Source of the DNA: an uncultured Clostridia bacterium
GTDB lineage: Bacteria > Acidobacteriota > Aminicenantia > UBA2199
Assembly: GCA_964502145.1 (NCBI GenBank)
Contig: CAZCVI010000009.1
Span: 73,438-137,437, forward strand
DNA length: 64,000 nucleotides
Reading direction: 5' to 3'
The notes under the pieces were generated by a model. It was not told the DNA's origin. It was given only the letters and a program-made list of their open reading frames with translations, and did no database searches. Below, one piece after another: positions 9,473 to 18,582 of the stretch; position 1 is the stretch's first letter, and each line of letters opens with the position of its first letter. A program made the translations under genes and the position numbers.

Positions 9473-10585
9473 TTAGGATTTATCGTTCAAGAAATCCTGG
9501 TTAGTGGGGTATTTGACTAAAAATTTCAGGAACAGTTCCATTCCTTCCTGTCCTGATTTAACCGCGGATAGCGCGCGGCGTAGTTTGGTGATTTGTTCGA
9601 ATTCCGCTTCTTTAAAAAGCACTTCTTCCCGTCGTGTACCCGAGGCATTAATATTAATAGCCGGGAATATCCGGGCTTCCGCCAGTTTGCGATCCAAAAC
9701 GATCTCGCTGTTGCCCGTGCCTTTAAACTCTTCGAAGATCAATTGGTCCATGCGTGACCCAGTATCTACCAATACCGTGGCAATAATTGTTACCGAACCC
9801 CCGTTTTCAATGTTGCGGGCCATACCGAAGAAGCGTCGTGGCACTTCCAGCGTTCCTGCTTGGATACCACCAGACATGATGCGTCCCCTGCCTTCCGGGG
9901 AACCTTTTAAATTAAAAGCGCGGGCCATCCGGGTCAGGCTGTCTACCAGCACTACCACGTCCCGGCCACATTCCAATTCTGCGATCACGTGGTTCATGAC
10001 AAATTGAGTCAGCGTGGTATGTTCGTTGATGTTCCGGTCATTCGAACTGGCAATTACTTCCGCGTCGACTTGGCGACGGAAATGCGTGACTTCTTCCGGT
10101 CGTTCATCGATTAAAAAAGCAATGATGCGAGTTTTAGGATCTCCGGCATGGATACCCATGGCGATTTGTTCCAGAATCATGGTTTTACCAGCGCGGGGTG
10201 GTGATACAATCAAACCGCGAGTGCCTTTAGCAATTGGGGCCAATAAATCTACCACCCGCATCGACGTGTTGCCCGCCGCAGCCAGATTAAAGCGTTGATC
10301 TGGCGTGATCGCCGTTAACTTTGTATAAGGAATACGTTTGGCAAATTGTTCCGGCGACAATCCGCACACCGTTTCCACCGAATGTAATTGCGCGTTTCTG
10401 CCGCTCCCCCGTACCTGTCCCACCACGACCGCCCCTTCTACCAGATTGTACTGTTTCACCATTTGAAAAGGTACCGTGATGCCTTCCGCTTCGCCCCCTG
10501 AATATTCTGCTGGGTCTACCAGCAAGGCACGGTTCTTGCCTTTCTGTTTTAATAATTTTAACACTCCTGTTCCGCTCTGCGGCAT
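9473..10585 (-). CDS. rho: Transcription termination factor Rho
   Basis: Walker A PPRAGKT, conserved ATVLVDTGSRMD and Q/R-loop regions. Strong ribosome-binding site GGAGGAAAATA before ATG 10585. Confidence 0.9.
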   Translation of the reverse strand: MPQSGTGVLKLLKQKGKNRALLVDPAEYSGGEAEGITVPFQMVKQYNLVEGAVVVGQVRGSGRNAQLHSVETVCGLSPEQFAKRIPYTKLTAITPDQRFNLAAAGNTSMRVVDLLAPIAKGTRGLIVSPPRAGKTMILEQIAMGIHAGDPKTRIIAFLIDERPEEVTHFRRQVDAEVIASSNDRNINEHTTLTQFVMNHVIAELECGRDVVVLVDSLTRMARAFNLKGSPEGRGRIMSGGIQAGTLEVPRRFFGMARNIENGGSVTIIATVLVDTGSRMDQLIFEEFKGTGNSEIVLDRKLAEARIFPAININASGTRREEVLFKEAEFEQITKLRRALSAVKSGQEGMELFLKFLVKYPTNQDFLNDKS

Positions 10586-10951
10586 TATTTTCCTCCTGGA
10601 TTACTTATTTATAGTCGTATTTTCATATTTATTTACATGAATCTCATACCGGTTCACCTTTATTTTGTTCCAGTATGTCTTAAAAAACCGCGTTCCTGCC
10701 AATATTTTTTTAACGCCCGTGTTTTTTTTTAAGGTCAATAGTTGTGGTCACTAAACTATCCAGCAATAAATACCTTGTGAAATATAAATTTCATTGCTGT
10801 AATATAATATAATGATAATTTCTTCTTTTGTCAAGTCTATTGGGATGTTCGTATCAGGCAAACTTCCAGTTCAACCCGTAGTGACAGTGCTTCCAAGAGC
10901 CGATACAGATAATAAAAATAAAAAAATAACATCTCGCCAAAATAACCTAAA

Positions 10952-11106
10952 TCCACCGCCAAATTTCTGAAATCGTTGTGGACGATATGGGCAGAGTGGA
11001 CGACATGGACAATAAAATGCTTTTTATTTTTGCTCCACATCGTCCATATCGTCCACTCTGTCCATATCGTCCATGTTTTTTCACGAATCTGATGGTGAAT
11101 TCAGTT
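10952..11106. repeat. TGGAC 9-nt-period palindromic repeat element (full copy)
   Basis: Leader CACCGCCAAATTTCTGAAATCG. Arm TGGACGATATGGGCAGAGTGGACGACATGGAC, an AT-rich loop, then the inverted arm GTCCATATCGTCCACTCTGTCCATATCGTCCAT. Tail GATGGTGAATTCAG. Lies between the end of the MBL-fold gene and the region upstream of rho. Confidence 0.7.
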
Positions 11107-11118
11107 ACTACTCTTTTT

Positions 11119-11871
11119 CTATTCTTTTGGGGGTTGGGGGATTCTTAGTTCCGTGGTTTTGTTATCTTTAAACATGGCGATCAAACCAGGGAAATCGGTT
11201 TTGTCCGGGAAGAAGTGGTAGATGTAGAGGATTTTTGGGGAGAACAATTTGGCTGCATCAACAAGCATTTCCGGAGTCATTGTATAGGGCAGGTTCATGG
11301 GTAGAAAAGCGACATCAATGTCTTTTAGTTCCTTCATTTCCGGGATATTTTCCGTATCACCGCCGATGTAGACCCGCTTATTGGCAAAGGTGAGAATATA
11401 CCCGTTCCCCTCGCCTTTCACATGAAAAAGGGTGCCATCTTCCCTTTTATGCACGATATTGTAGGCTGGCACAGCATCAATACCAATTTGAAACACTTCT
11501 TTATGTCCGCCATTGGCGATAATCTCGCCATCAGTTAACTTTGGCGCACAAAGTGTGGTACAGATGATCCGGGTGGTAGAAGTGCGCAGGGGTTCTAAAG
11601 CAATGGGGTCGAGATGATCGCCATGATGGTGGGTAATCAGTATCAAATCCGCCTTGGGTAGTTTCGTATAATCGGCTATTTTTGAGACAGGGTCGATTTG
11701 GATGACCTTGTTATCAAAATTGATCATCAAGGACGCATGACCGATAAAAGTAATCTTCAATGGCCCTTTGGTAGTGTCAAACACGGCAGAGTCAAAAGGC
11801 AATTCCTCCGCCGTTAAATAAAAACAACCGATTAGAAAAAAAAGTATTGTGATAAGATGTTTTACTTTCAT
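11119..11871 (-). CDS. MBL-fold metallo-hydrolase, secreted
   Basis: HHHGDH motif (ITHHHGDHLD). Signal peptide MKVKHLITILFFLIGCF. Start moved to ATG 11871, which has a GGAGG ribosome-binding site. Confidence 0.8.
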   Translation of the reverse strand: MKVKHLITILFFLIGCFYLTAEELPFDSAVFDTTKGPLKITFIGHASLMINFDNKVIQIDPVSKIADYTKLPKADLILITHHHGDHLDPIALEPLRTSTTRIICTTLCAPKLTDGEIIANGGHKEVFQIGIDAVPAYNIVHKREDGTLFHVKGEGNGYILTFANKRVYIGGDTENIPEMKELKDIDVAFLPMNLPYTMTPEMLVDAAKLFSPKILYIYHFFPDKTDFPGLIAMFKDNKTTELRIPQPPKE

Positions 11872-12146
11872 TTTTACCTCCAAGGTAAGTATAGCAAAAA
11901 ATGCAGAGGAATTAAAGACCCTATCACGGTAAGTTTCAAATGGAAGAGGCATGGATGTCCTGTACTTTTTCGGAAGCATTAGTAATCAAAGCGGGTATTT
12001 TCCTGGTGTCTGTTGGTTCGTTTAATGTCATACAAGATATGTCTCCCACGTATATTTCTTGGGTAAGAAAACAGAGCCAAAAGAAAAAAAGCGGATTACA
12101 ATTTTAAAACTGGAATACTAGAAGGGGTGAAAATTGATTTATGGTA

Positions 12147-14621
12147 TCACTGAACCACGCCCACGATTTCCTCTATATCTTGTTTCTCTTTATGTTGTAA
12201 CGTATGGGCGACTAACCGGGCCAGTTGTTCTTTTTCATAAGGTTTTATTAATAAGGTTGTAATCCCAATTTCTGTTATTTTTTTCTGATCCACTAGCTCA
12301 TCATAATGGCTGTACCCGGTGGTCAGTATAACGGGAATATCAGGTCGTAGGCACAAGACTTGCTTCGCCAGTTCGATACCATTTATATAAGGCATGTTTA
12401 AATCTGTGATGACAAGGTCAAAACGATCCGGGTTTTTCATGAATACGCGTTCTACTTCGCGGCTATCGGAAATTATAGTGACGCAATATCCGAGGGATTC
12501 GAGTATTTTGGATTCGGCTTGACATATCGGGATTTCATCGTCGATAAACAGTATATGGCCGCCGACACAGGAGACGAATTCAGGGGATTCCAGCTTATTT
12601 TCTTCAAGCATATCCTCGTCTAACAGAGGGAGATACACATCGAAGCAGGACCCTTTGCCGGGTTCACTTTTAACAGTAATTTTCCCACCGGCATTTAATA
12701 CGATCCCATGGACGATAGATAATCCCATGCCACTTCCCTGACCCATGGGTTTGGTGGTAAAAAAGGGTTCGAAAATACGTTCGCTAATTTCAGGAGTCAT
12801 GCCCATCCCCGTGTCATGAACCGATAGCTTACAATAATTCCCATTTTTCAAACCGGGTATTTCACCGCCGAGGTTGGGAATTTTTTCCACTGCAATCTCA
12901 AGGATACCGCCCGATTCCTGCATGGCATAACCGGCATTGGTACAAAGATTCATCAGTATTTGGTTACATTGGGAAGGTGTGACTGCGATAAAAACCGGTT
13001 CTTCGGGTAAATGATTTTTGATAATAATCGTTTTGGGCAGCATGGCGGTTAACAATTTTTCAGTTCCCATAACCAACTTCAAAATATTCACGCTCTTTTT
13101 TTCCCGCTTAACCTGGCGTCCGAAGGTCAGGATTTGTTCTACCAGTTCGGTGGCGCGACGGATGGAAGCGACTATTTCTGCCATATTCTCTTTGGCTGGG
13201 CTGCCCTCGGGAAGTTCAGCCAAAACAATATAAGAATAAGCAAACATAGAGGTCAAAATATTATTAAAATCATGGGCAATCCCCCCGGCTAATGTACCTA
13301 TCGCTTTTAATTTCTGGTTGTATTGAATATGTTCTTCCAATTTTCTTTTTTCTTCCCATTGCCCGACAAAAGCAGCGATTAAAAGGTTGGCACTGTGAAC
13401 CACTTTTTTAAAATCCACGCCCACGGAATCTTCATCCCCGCGCACCTGGAGCTCGCCATTTAACACGTTTTTTATCATGTTCTCCAACTGCTGAATAGTA
13501 TTCTTGATGCCGCGACTTATAAAAATCGAAATAACCAGGGACAACAACAACAGAATCGCCGCCGAAATGATAAAAATCAGGATAATCTTGGTATTTAACG
13601 CCCCTGCAATCTGCCGTTCGATTTCTTTTAGCGCGATTTCTGCGATCATCGCCCATTTCACCCCACCAATGTCGACGGGCGTATAAGAAGATAATACTTC
13701 CTGACCCCGGTAGTTGACAATAATCCCGGTAGCAGTGATACCTGCCAGTGCTTTTCGTGAAGCGGGGGTGTTAACACCGTTTTTTTCCACGGACCCATTA
13801 AAAGAGGCATGAACGGAATGATTCTTTTGATCCATATAGGAATCCGACCTCATTTTTAGGTCCGGTCCTACGAGATATGTTTCACCCGTCTGCCACATTC
13901 CCGAACGTTCTTTCATAATACTATCAATCGAGTCGATAGAAATCTGCACCGCCACAACACCGAGCACTGTGCCGTTCTCAATAATGGGCGCAGCCAGAAA
14001 TTGCGCGGGATCATTCTGGGAGGGAGGATAGGGTTTGGTGTCTGACAGAGCTATCCTTTTTTCTGCACAGGATTTCAGCCACACATCGCGGAGGGAAGAC
14101 GATACGTCCGCGATTGGAATCCCGAAATCGGATTCTTTCCTAACAGTAAATATCGTATGGCCATGGATAGGTTCGATTAAAAAAAAGTCGTAGTACCCGT
14201 ATTGCCGGATCATGGATTTAAGAAAAGGAAAATAACGGTCGTGGACTTTTTTATAAGATACAGGGGCATCATAAACTTCGTCCAAGCACCCCTTAAAGCA
14301 TTTACTTTCTGGCCCCCCGGCGTCTGCAAATGCCTTTTTGAGATTTTTATAGGCATCAATAATATAGGGGTCAATAGCAAACACGGAGACATTATTAATT
14401 CGTTCGGTGAAAAAATTCTTAATTTGTTCTTTTTTTATATTTCGAACCGACTCCAATTGGCGGAATGCCTGTTCTTTTAATTCGACTTTGGCAGTATTAA
14501 GTCCTATTAACGATACGATCATGATCGGAATCAACCCGGAAATGAGGAAACTGCAAACCAGTAGTAGTTTGATTGAAATATCCCTGGTCATTGAACCTGG
14601 GATGGGGGTGGTGTTACTCAT
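12147..14621 (-). CDS. Hybrid sensor histidine kinase (TM / Cache-like periplasmic domain / HAMP / HisKA / HATPase / C-terminal receiver)
   Basis: H-box AGGIAHDFNN. G-box HDTGMGM...GQGSGMGLS. C-terminal receiver domain ILFIDDE...DLVITDLNMPYINGIE. Confidence 0.85.
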   Translation of the reverse strand: MSNTTPIPGSMTRDISIKLLLVCSFLISGLIPIMIVSLIGLNTAKVELKEQAFRQLESVRNIKKEQIKNFFTERINNVSVFAIDPYIIDAYKNLKKAFADAGGPESKCFKGCLDEVYDAPVSYKKVHDRYFPFLKSMIRQYGYYDFFLIEPIHGHTIFTVRKESDFGIPIADVSSSLRDVWLKSCAEKRIALSDTKPYPPSQNDPAQFLAAPIIENGTVLGVVAVQISIDSIDSIMKERSGMWQTGETYLVGPDLKMRSDSYMDQKNHSVHASFNGSVEKNGVNTPASRKALAGITATGIIVNYRGQEVLSSYTPVDIGGVKWAMIAEIALKEIERQIAGALNTKIILIFIISAAILLLLSLVISIFISRGIKNTIQQLENMIKNVLNGELQVRGDEDSVGVDFKKVVHSANLLIAAFVGQWEEKRKLEEHIQYNQKLKAIGTLAGGIAHDFNNILTSMFAYSYIVLAELPEGSPAKENMAEIVASIRRATELVEQILTFGRQVKREKKSVNILKLVMGTEKLLTAMLPKTIIIKNHLPEEPVFIAVTPSQCNQILMNLCTNAGYAMQESGGILEIAVEKIPNLGGEIPGLKNGNYCKLSVHDTGMGMTPEISERIFEPFFTTKPMGQGSGMGLSIVHGIVLNAGGKITVKSEPGKGSCFDVYLPLLDEDMLEENKLESPEFVSCVGGHILFIDDEIPICQAESKILESLGYCVTIISDSREVERVFMKNPDRFDLVITDLNMPYINGIELAKQVLCLRPDIPVILTTGYSHYDELVDQKKITEIGITTLLIKPYEKEQLARLVAHTLQHKEKQDIEEIVGVVQ

Positions 14622-15307
14622 ACGCGGAATTTATAGCCAACGCCTCGGACAGTTTCGATAAAACGACCCAACGGGGCGAGTTTTTTTCTTAGCCCGGAGA
14701 CCTGATAATCCACGATTCGTTCGGTCACATCATAATTATCGATCCTGATATAATCCAATACCTGGGCACGGGAAAAAACAATATTGGGTTTGCGCGCCAA
14801 GAGTACCAGCAAGTCGAATTCGGTTTTAGTCAGGTCGACTGTTTCGCCATCGATTCGGAGTTCATGGGCATTTAAGTCGATCGTTAAGCGGTTAAAATTC
14901 AAAATATTCGTTTGGGTATCGGTAGTGTCGCTTTTTAGCTTGCGGCGTAGTACTGCCTGGATACGGGCAATCAGTATGGCCGGTTCAAAGGGTTTGGTAA
15001 TATAATCGTCGGCATATTGCGCCAGTCCTTTGGTAATATCCGTGATCAATCCTTTCCCGGTTAACATGATGATAAAAATCCGCGCGGTTTGCGGGTCCCG
15101 TTTCAGAATTTTACAAACTTCAAACCCGTCGATTCCTGGGAGCATTAAATCCAGAAGCAGCAAGTCGGGTTTCTCCTTTGCCGCCAAGCGAACCGCTTCT
15201 TCACCGGTCCGGGTGGTCGTGACGGAAAAGCCCTCTTTTTCAAGTATATACGCAATGCTTTTTTGAAGGCTGACTTCATCCTCCACAAAGAGTATTTTGC
15301 AATTCAT
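14618..15307 (-). CDS. OmpR/PhoB-family response regulator
   Basis: Receiver domain (ILFVEDE, LLLLDLMLPGIDG) plus a winged-helix trans_reg_C C-terminus (VRGVGYKF). Overlaps the kinase gene by 4 nt. Confidence 0.9.
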   Translation of the reverse strand: MNCKILFVEDEVSLQKSIAYILEKEGFSVTTTRTGEEAVRLAAKEKPDLLLLDLMLPGIDGFEVCKILKRDPQTARIFIIMLTGKGLITDITKGLAQYADDYITKPFEPAILIARIQAVLRRKLKSDTTDTQTNILNFNRLTIDLNAHELRIDGETVDLTKTEFDLLVLLARKPNIVFSRAQVLDYIRIDNYDVTERIVDYQVSGLRKKLAPLGRFIETVRGVGYKFRV

Positions 15308-15484
15308 GGTAGGTCCTGTATCGTATGGAATAGATATTATATAGGTATTATAATACCATTTTTATCTGACTCAAGCAAGAAAAAACAAAAATCCAATTAA
15401 ATCCAAATAAAACCACAATAATCATAGGATAAAGTTTGCCATATCACTCGAATAAAACGCGATTAAATAAATAGGAGGTAATCG

Positions 15485-16699
15485 ATGATTAATTCAGGAA
15501 ATGCTGGTTTTATGATTCTTGCTGCCAGCCTGGTCATGTTGATGACACCGGGGTTGGCCTTTTTTTACGGTGGACTGGTGGGCAGAAAGAATGTGTTGAC
15601 AATAATGATTCAGAGTTTTGTTTCCATGGGCATAACCACTGTATTGTGGTTTATCTGTGGATATTCTTTATGTTTTAGCGGTGATGTGGGTGGAATAATC
15701 GGAAATCTGGACAAGGCATTTTTTCAAGGTATTACTCTGACCCAGATGTTTGGCAACGGTGCCACAGGTGTGCCTGAGTTTGTGTTTCTGACGTACCAGA
15801 TGATGTTCGCCATCATTACACCCGCTTTAATTACCGGTGCGTTTACCAACCGTGTCACTTTCAAAGCGTATATTGTGTTCCTGTTGGGATGGTTGCTTTT
15901 TGTGTATTTCCCATTCGTGCATATGATATGGGGTGGGGGGCTTCTGGCCAAATGGGGGGTCCTAGATTTTGCAGGTGGCATTGTGGTTCATGCGATAGCT
16001 GGTATGGCAGCTTTGGCATCCGTATTCTTTGTGGGAAAAAGGCGTGTTGAAGATAAAGGCATGCACAGTATCCCACTGGTCGCGCTGGGTACTGGGTTGC
16101 TGTGGTTTGGATGGTATGGCTTTAATGCGGGTTCAGAACTTCAAGTAGACCATGTCACGGCAATGGCCTTTATTAATACGGATTTGGCCGCTTCATTTGC
16201 CGCTGTAACCTGGTTAGCTATCGAATGGTATAGAGCAAAAAGACCAAAATTCGTGGGTTTATTGACCGGTGCAGTAGCTGGGTTGGCTACCATTACCCCG
16301 GCTGCCGGTTATGTTACGCCCCTCATGGCATGTATTATTGGAATATTGGCCGGAATTATATGCTATATTGCCATCTCTCTCAAAAACAAATTTAAATGGG
16401 ACGATGCCCTGGATGTATGGGGTGTTCATGGCGTAGGTGGTATGTCTGGGGTTGTTCTGCTGGGAGTATTCGCCTCCACGGTGGCTAATCCTGCTGGCGT
16501 TGACGGTCTGTTGCGAGGGAATGTCTCCTTCTTTTTCAAGGAAGTCATAGCTGTTCTGGGTGCAGGGCTTTATGCGTTCCTATTTACTTATGGGATGCTG
16601 TGGCTTATCAACAAGTTCACCCCCGTAAAAGTCAGCGACAAAGACGAAGAGGATGGCTTAGACATGGCACTTCACGGAGAAACAGCCTATGAATTTTAA
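15485..16699 (+). CDS. amtB: Ammonium transporter (Amt family)
   Basis: N-terminus INSGNAGFMILAASLVMLMTPGLAFFYGGLV and conserved Amt transmembrane motifs. Confidence 0.9.
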   Translation: MINSGNAGFMILAASLVMLMTPGLAFFYGGLVGRKNVLTIMIQSFVSMGITTVLWFICGYSLCFSGDVGGIIGNLDKAFFQGITLTQMFGNGATGVPEFVFLTYQMMFAIITPALITGAFTNRVTFKAYIVFLLGWLLFVYFPFVHMIWGGGLLAKWGVLDFAGGIVVHAIAGMAALASVFFVGKRRVEDKGMHSIPLVALGTGLLWFGWYGFNAGSELQVDHVTAMAFINTDLAASFAAVTWLAIEWYRAKRPKFVGLLTGAVAGLATITPAAGYVTPLMACIIGILAGIICYIAISLKNKFKWDDALDVWGVHGVGGMSGVVLLGVFASTVANPAGVDGLLRGNVSFFFKEVIAVLGAGLYAFLFTYGMLWLINKFTPVKVSDKDEEDGLDMALHGETAYEF

Positions 16700-16745
16700 G
16701 TTACTAACAATGCTCGTTTAGTCACATTATAAGATAAACATTTAG

Positions 16746-16789
16746 GCGCAGAGTCTCTGTAAAATCAGAGACTCTGCGCTGTTTTTTTT
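16746..16789 (+). terminator. Rho-independent terminator of amtB
   Basis: GCGCAGAGTCTCTG / TAAAAT loop / CAGAGACTCTGCGC, followed by T9. Confidence 0.75.
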
Positions 16790-16900
16790 GTGGACGATAT
16801 GGACAGAGTGGACGACATGGACGATGTGGAACAAAAACAAAAGCATTTATTTGTCCATATCGTCCACACCGATTTTGGATATTTGGCGATGAATCCAGGA
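16789..16900. repeat. TGGAC 9-nt-period palindromic repeat element
   Basis: TGGACGATATGGACAGAGTGGACGACATGGACGATGTGGAAC, loop, GTCCATATCGTCCAC. This is followed by an inverted copy of the leader (CGATTTTGGATATTTGGCG) and the tail GATGAATCCAGG. Confidence 0.7.
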
Positions 16901-17021
16901 CAACCTCCCGCTATTGACTTTCACCCGCAGTTCCTTTAATATTTTCATATGGTAAATAGAAAAGATAATTTTATCATCGGCTTCACCGGTGTAGCGATCC
17001 GGTATTGGAGGAAAAACTAAG

Positions 17022-17879
17022 ATGAAACGCTTTGTAAAACGATATATGCCCGATTCCATAAAATCTCTATTCCGTCGCCTTTATTATCGTTTCCCAGTTT
17101 TACGGCGCATCTATTATCTCCCGGTCAACCTGTGGGAATGGCTACAAGGAAAGCGAAAAGGATTGCGACCGCCACGTTCAAAGATTTTTGTGGGGGATGG
17201 GAATTTCGAGATTATTGGTCAGGAATTTTTGAATTATTTTATTGAGTTGTGTCATTTGAAACCCACAGATAAAGTTCTGGAAGTAGGGTGTGGAATCGGG
17301 CGTATGGCCATACCTTTGACACGTTATCTGAATAATCAAGGCACTTACATTGGAATGGATATCGTGCCCGAAGGTATAACTTGGTGCCAGCGTAAGATCA
17401 CCCCCCAGTTTCCCAATTTTACTTTTTTTCTATCTGACATTTACAATGATCAATACAACCCAAAGGGACGTTTGCCAGTGATGGAGTATGTTTTTCCATT
17501 GGCTGATGGTTCGTTTGATTTCGTATTCTTAACCTCCGTTTTCACCCACATGTTGCGGGCGGATATCGATCACTATCTGGCGGAGATTAGCCGGGTATTA
17601 AAACCAGGAGGCCGATGCTTGATTACTTTTTTTCTACTTAATGACGAAACCCTGGTTTTGTTAAAAACCAGAGATCATCCGTTCAAGTATACTTATGAAG
17701 ACTGCTTGGTTATTGACAGCAAAATGCCCGAAGCGAGTATCGCCCACCCGGAACAAAAAATCCGCGCGCTCTGTCTGTCCCACCAGCTCAAAATCGTGGA
17801 ACCGATTCTCTACGGCAATTGGAGCGGCAGGGAGAAATACGTATCTTCCCAGGACATGCTTTTGGCTGTAAAAATTTAA
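17022..17879 (+). CDS. Class I SAM-dependent methyltransferase
   Basis: Motif I VLEVGCGIGRMA and post-I LKPGGRCLITFF. Confidence 0.75.
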   Translation: MKRFVKRYMPDSIKSLFRRLYYRFPVLRRIYYLPVNLWEWLQGKRKGLRPPRSKIFVGDGNFEIIGQEFLNYFIELCHLKPTDKVLEVGCGIGRMAIPLTRYLNNQGTYIGMDIVPEGITWCQRKITPQFPNFTFFLSDIYNDQYNPKGRLPVMEYVFPLADGSFDFVFLTSVFTHMLRADIDHYLAEISRVLKPGGRCLITFFLLNDETLVLLKTRDHPFKYTYEDCLVIDSKMPEASIAHPEQKIRALCLSHQLKIVEPILYGNWSGREKYVSSQDMLLAVKI

Positions 17880-17944
17880 ATATAAACTTCGACTGTCCCG
17901 TTATATTTATTGGTATATGCAAAAAAAAGCCACTATGGTATAAT

Positions 17945-17953
17945 AATATAGAA
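17945..17953 (+). promoter_or_regulatory. Extended -10 promoter (TGGTATAAT) upstream of the TIR operon
   Basis: AAAAAAAGCCACTATGGTATAATAATATAGAATGG, about 20 nt upstream of ATG 17974. Paralogous to the 5242 and 47638 promoters. Confidence 0.45.
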
Positions 17954-17973
17954 TGGAGTGATAGCGAGACAAA

Positions 17974-18582
17974 ATGAGCTACCAATACGATGTCTTTTTA
18001 AGTTACAACCGAAAGTTCCCCCACGGTCAGTGGGTAGATGAGATTTTTTATCCATTGTTTGTTCCCTACCTGGAAGATGCCCTGAATCAAAAAGTATTGA
18101 TATTCAAAGACACCGAAGAGATTAATACCGGTTCTGCTTGGCCCCATAGATTAAAGAATGCAGCCGTCCATTCGAAATGTATGGTATCCATTTTTTCGCC
18201 CGCTTATTTTCTTTCGGAATGGTGCATGAAAGAATTTGCCATCATGTTTTACCGGCAAAAGCAATTGGGATATTTAACACAAAAAAACCCTGATGGATTG
18301 ATTGTTCCCGTTAAAATCTTCGATGGTGAGCATTTCCCTGAGTATGCAAATTTTTTGCAGATGTTAGATTGTCGGGATTTATTTCTTGTCGGCGAGGGAA
18401 TGAAGCAGGCAAAATCTTATATGGATTTGCAAACACGCTTACAGAGATGGGTCTACAATGTAGCTAAAGTTATAAAAAACGCCCCGGAATGGGACAACCA
18501 ATGGCTGGAGAAGCATTGGTTGGAACCACTGGCGGCTAAAAAAAACTGGGCAGCAATACAAGAGGAGAAACCAATCCTATGA
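17974..18582 (+). CDS. Stand-alone TIR-domain protein (ThsB-like)
   Basis: YDVFLSYNR start. Conserved S-x-WC-x-x-E region SPAYFLSEWCMKEF, with the Glu in the position of the TIR NADase catalytic residue. Confidence 0.8.
   Translation: MSYQYDVFLSYNRKFPHGQWVDEIFYPLFVPYLEDALNQKVLIFKDTEEINTGSAWPHRLKNAAVHSKCMVSIFSPAYFLSEWCMKEFAIMFYRQKQLGYLTQKNPDGLIVPVKIFDGEHFPEYANFLQMLDCRDLFLVGEGMKQAKSYMDLQTRLQRWVYNVAKVIKNAPEWDNQWLEKHWLEPLAAKKNWAAIQEEKPIL

Noticed and set aside
9504-10298. Plus-strand ORFs of 167 and 94 aa inside rho
   Set aside because: Antisense to a highly conserved rho coding sequence. Ser/Arg-rich translations are typical of antisense frames.
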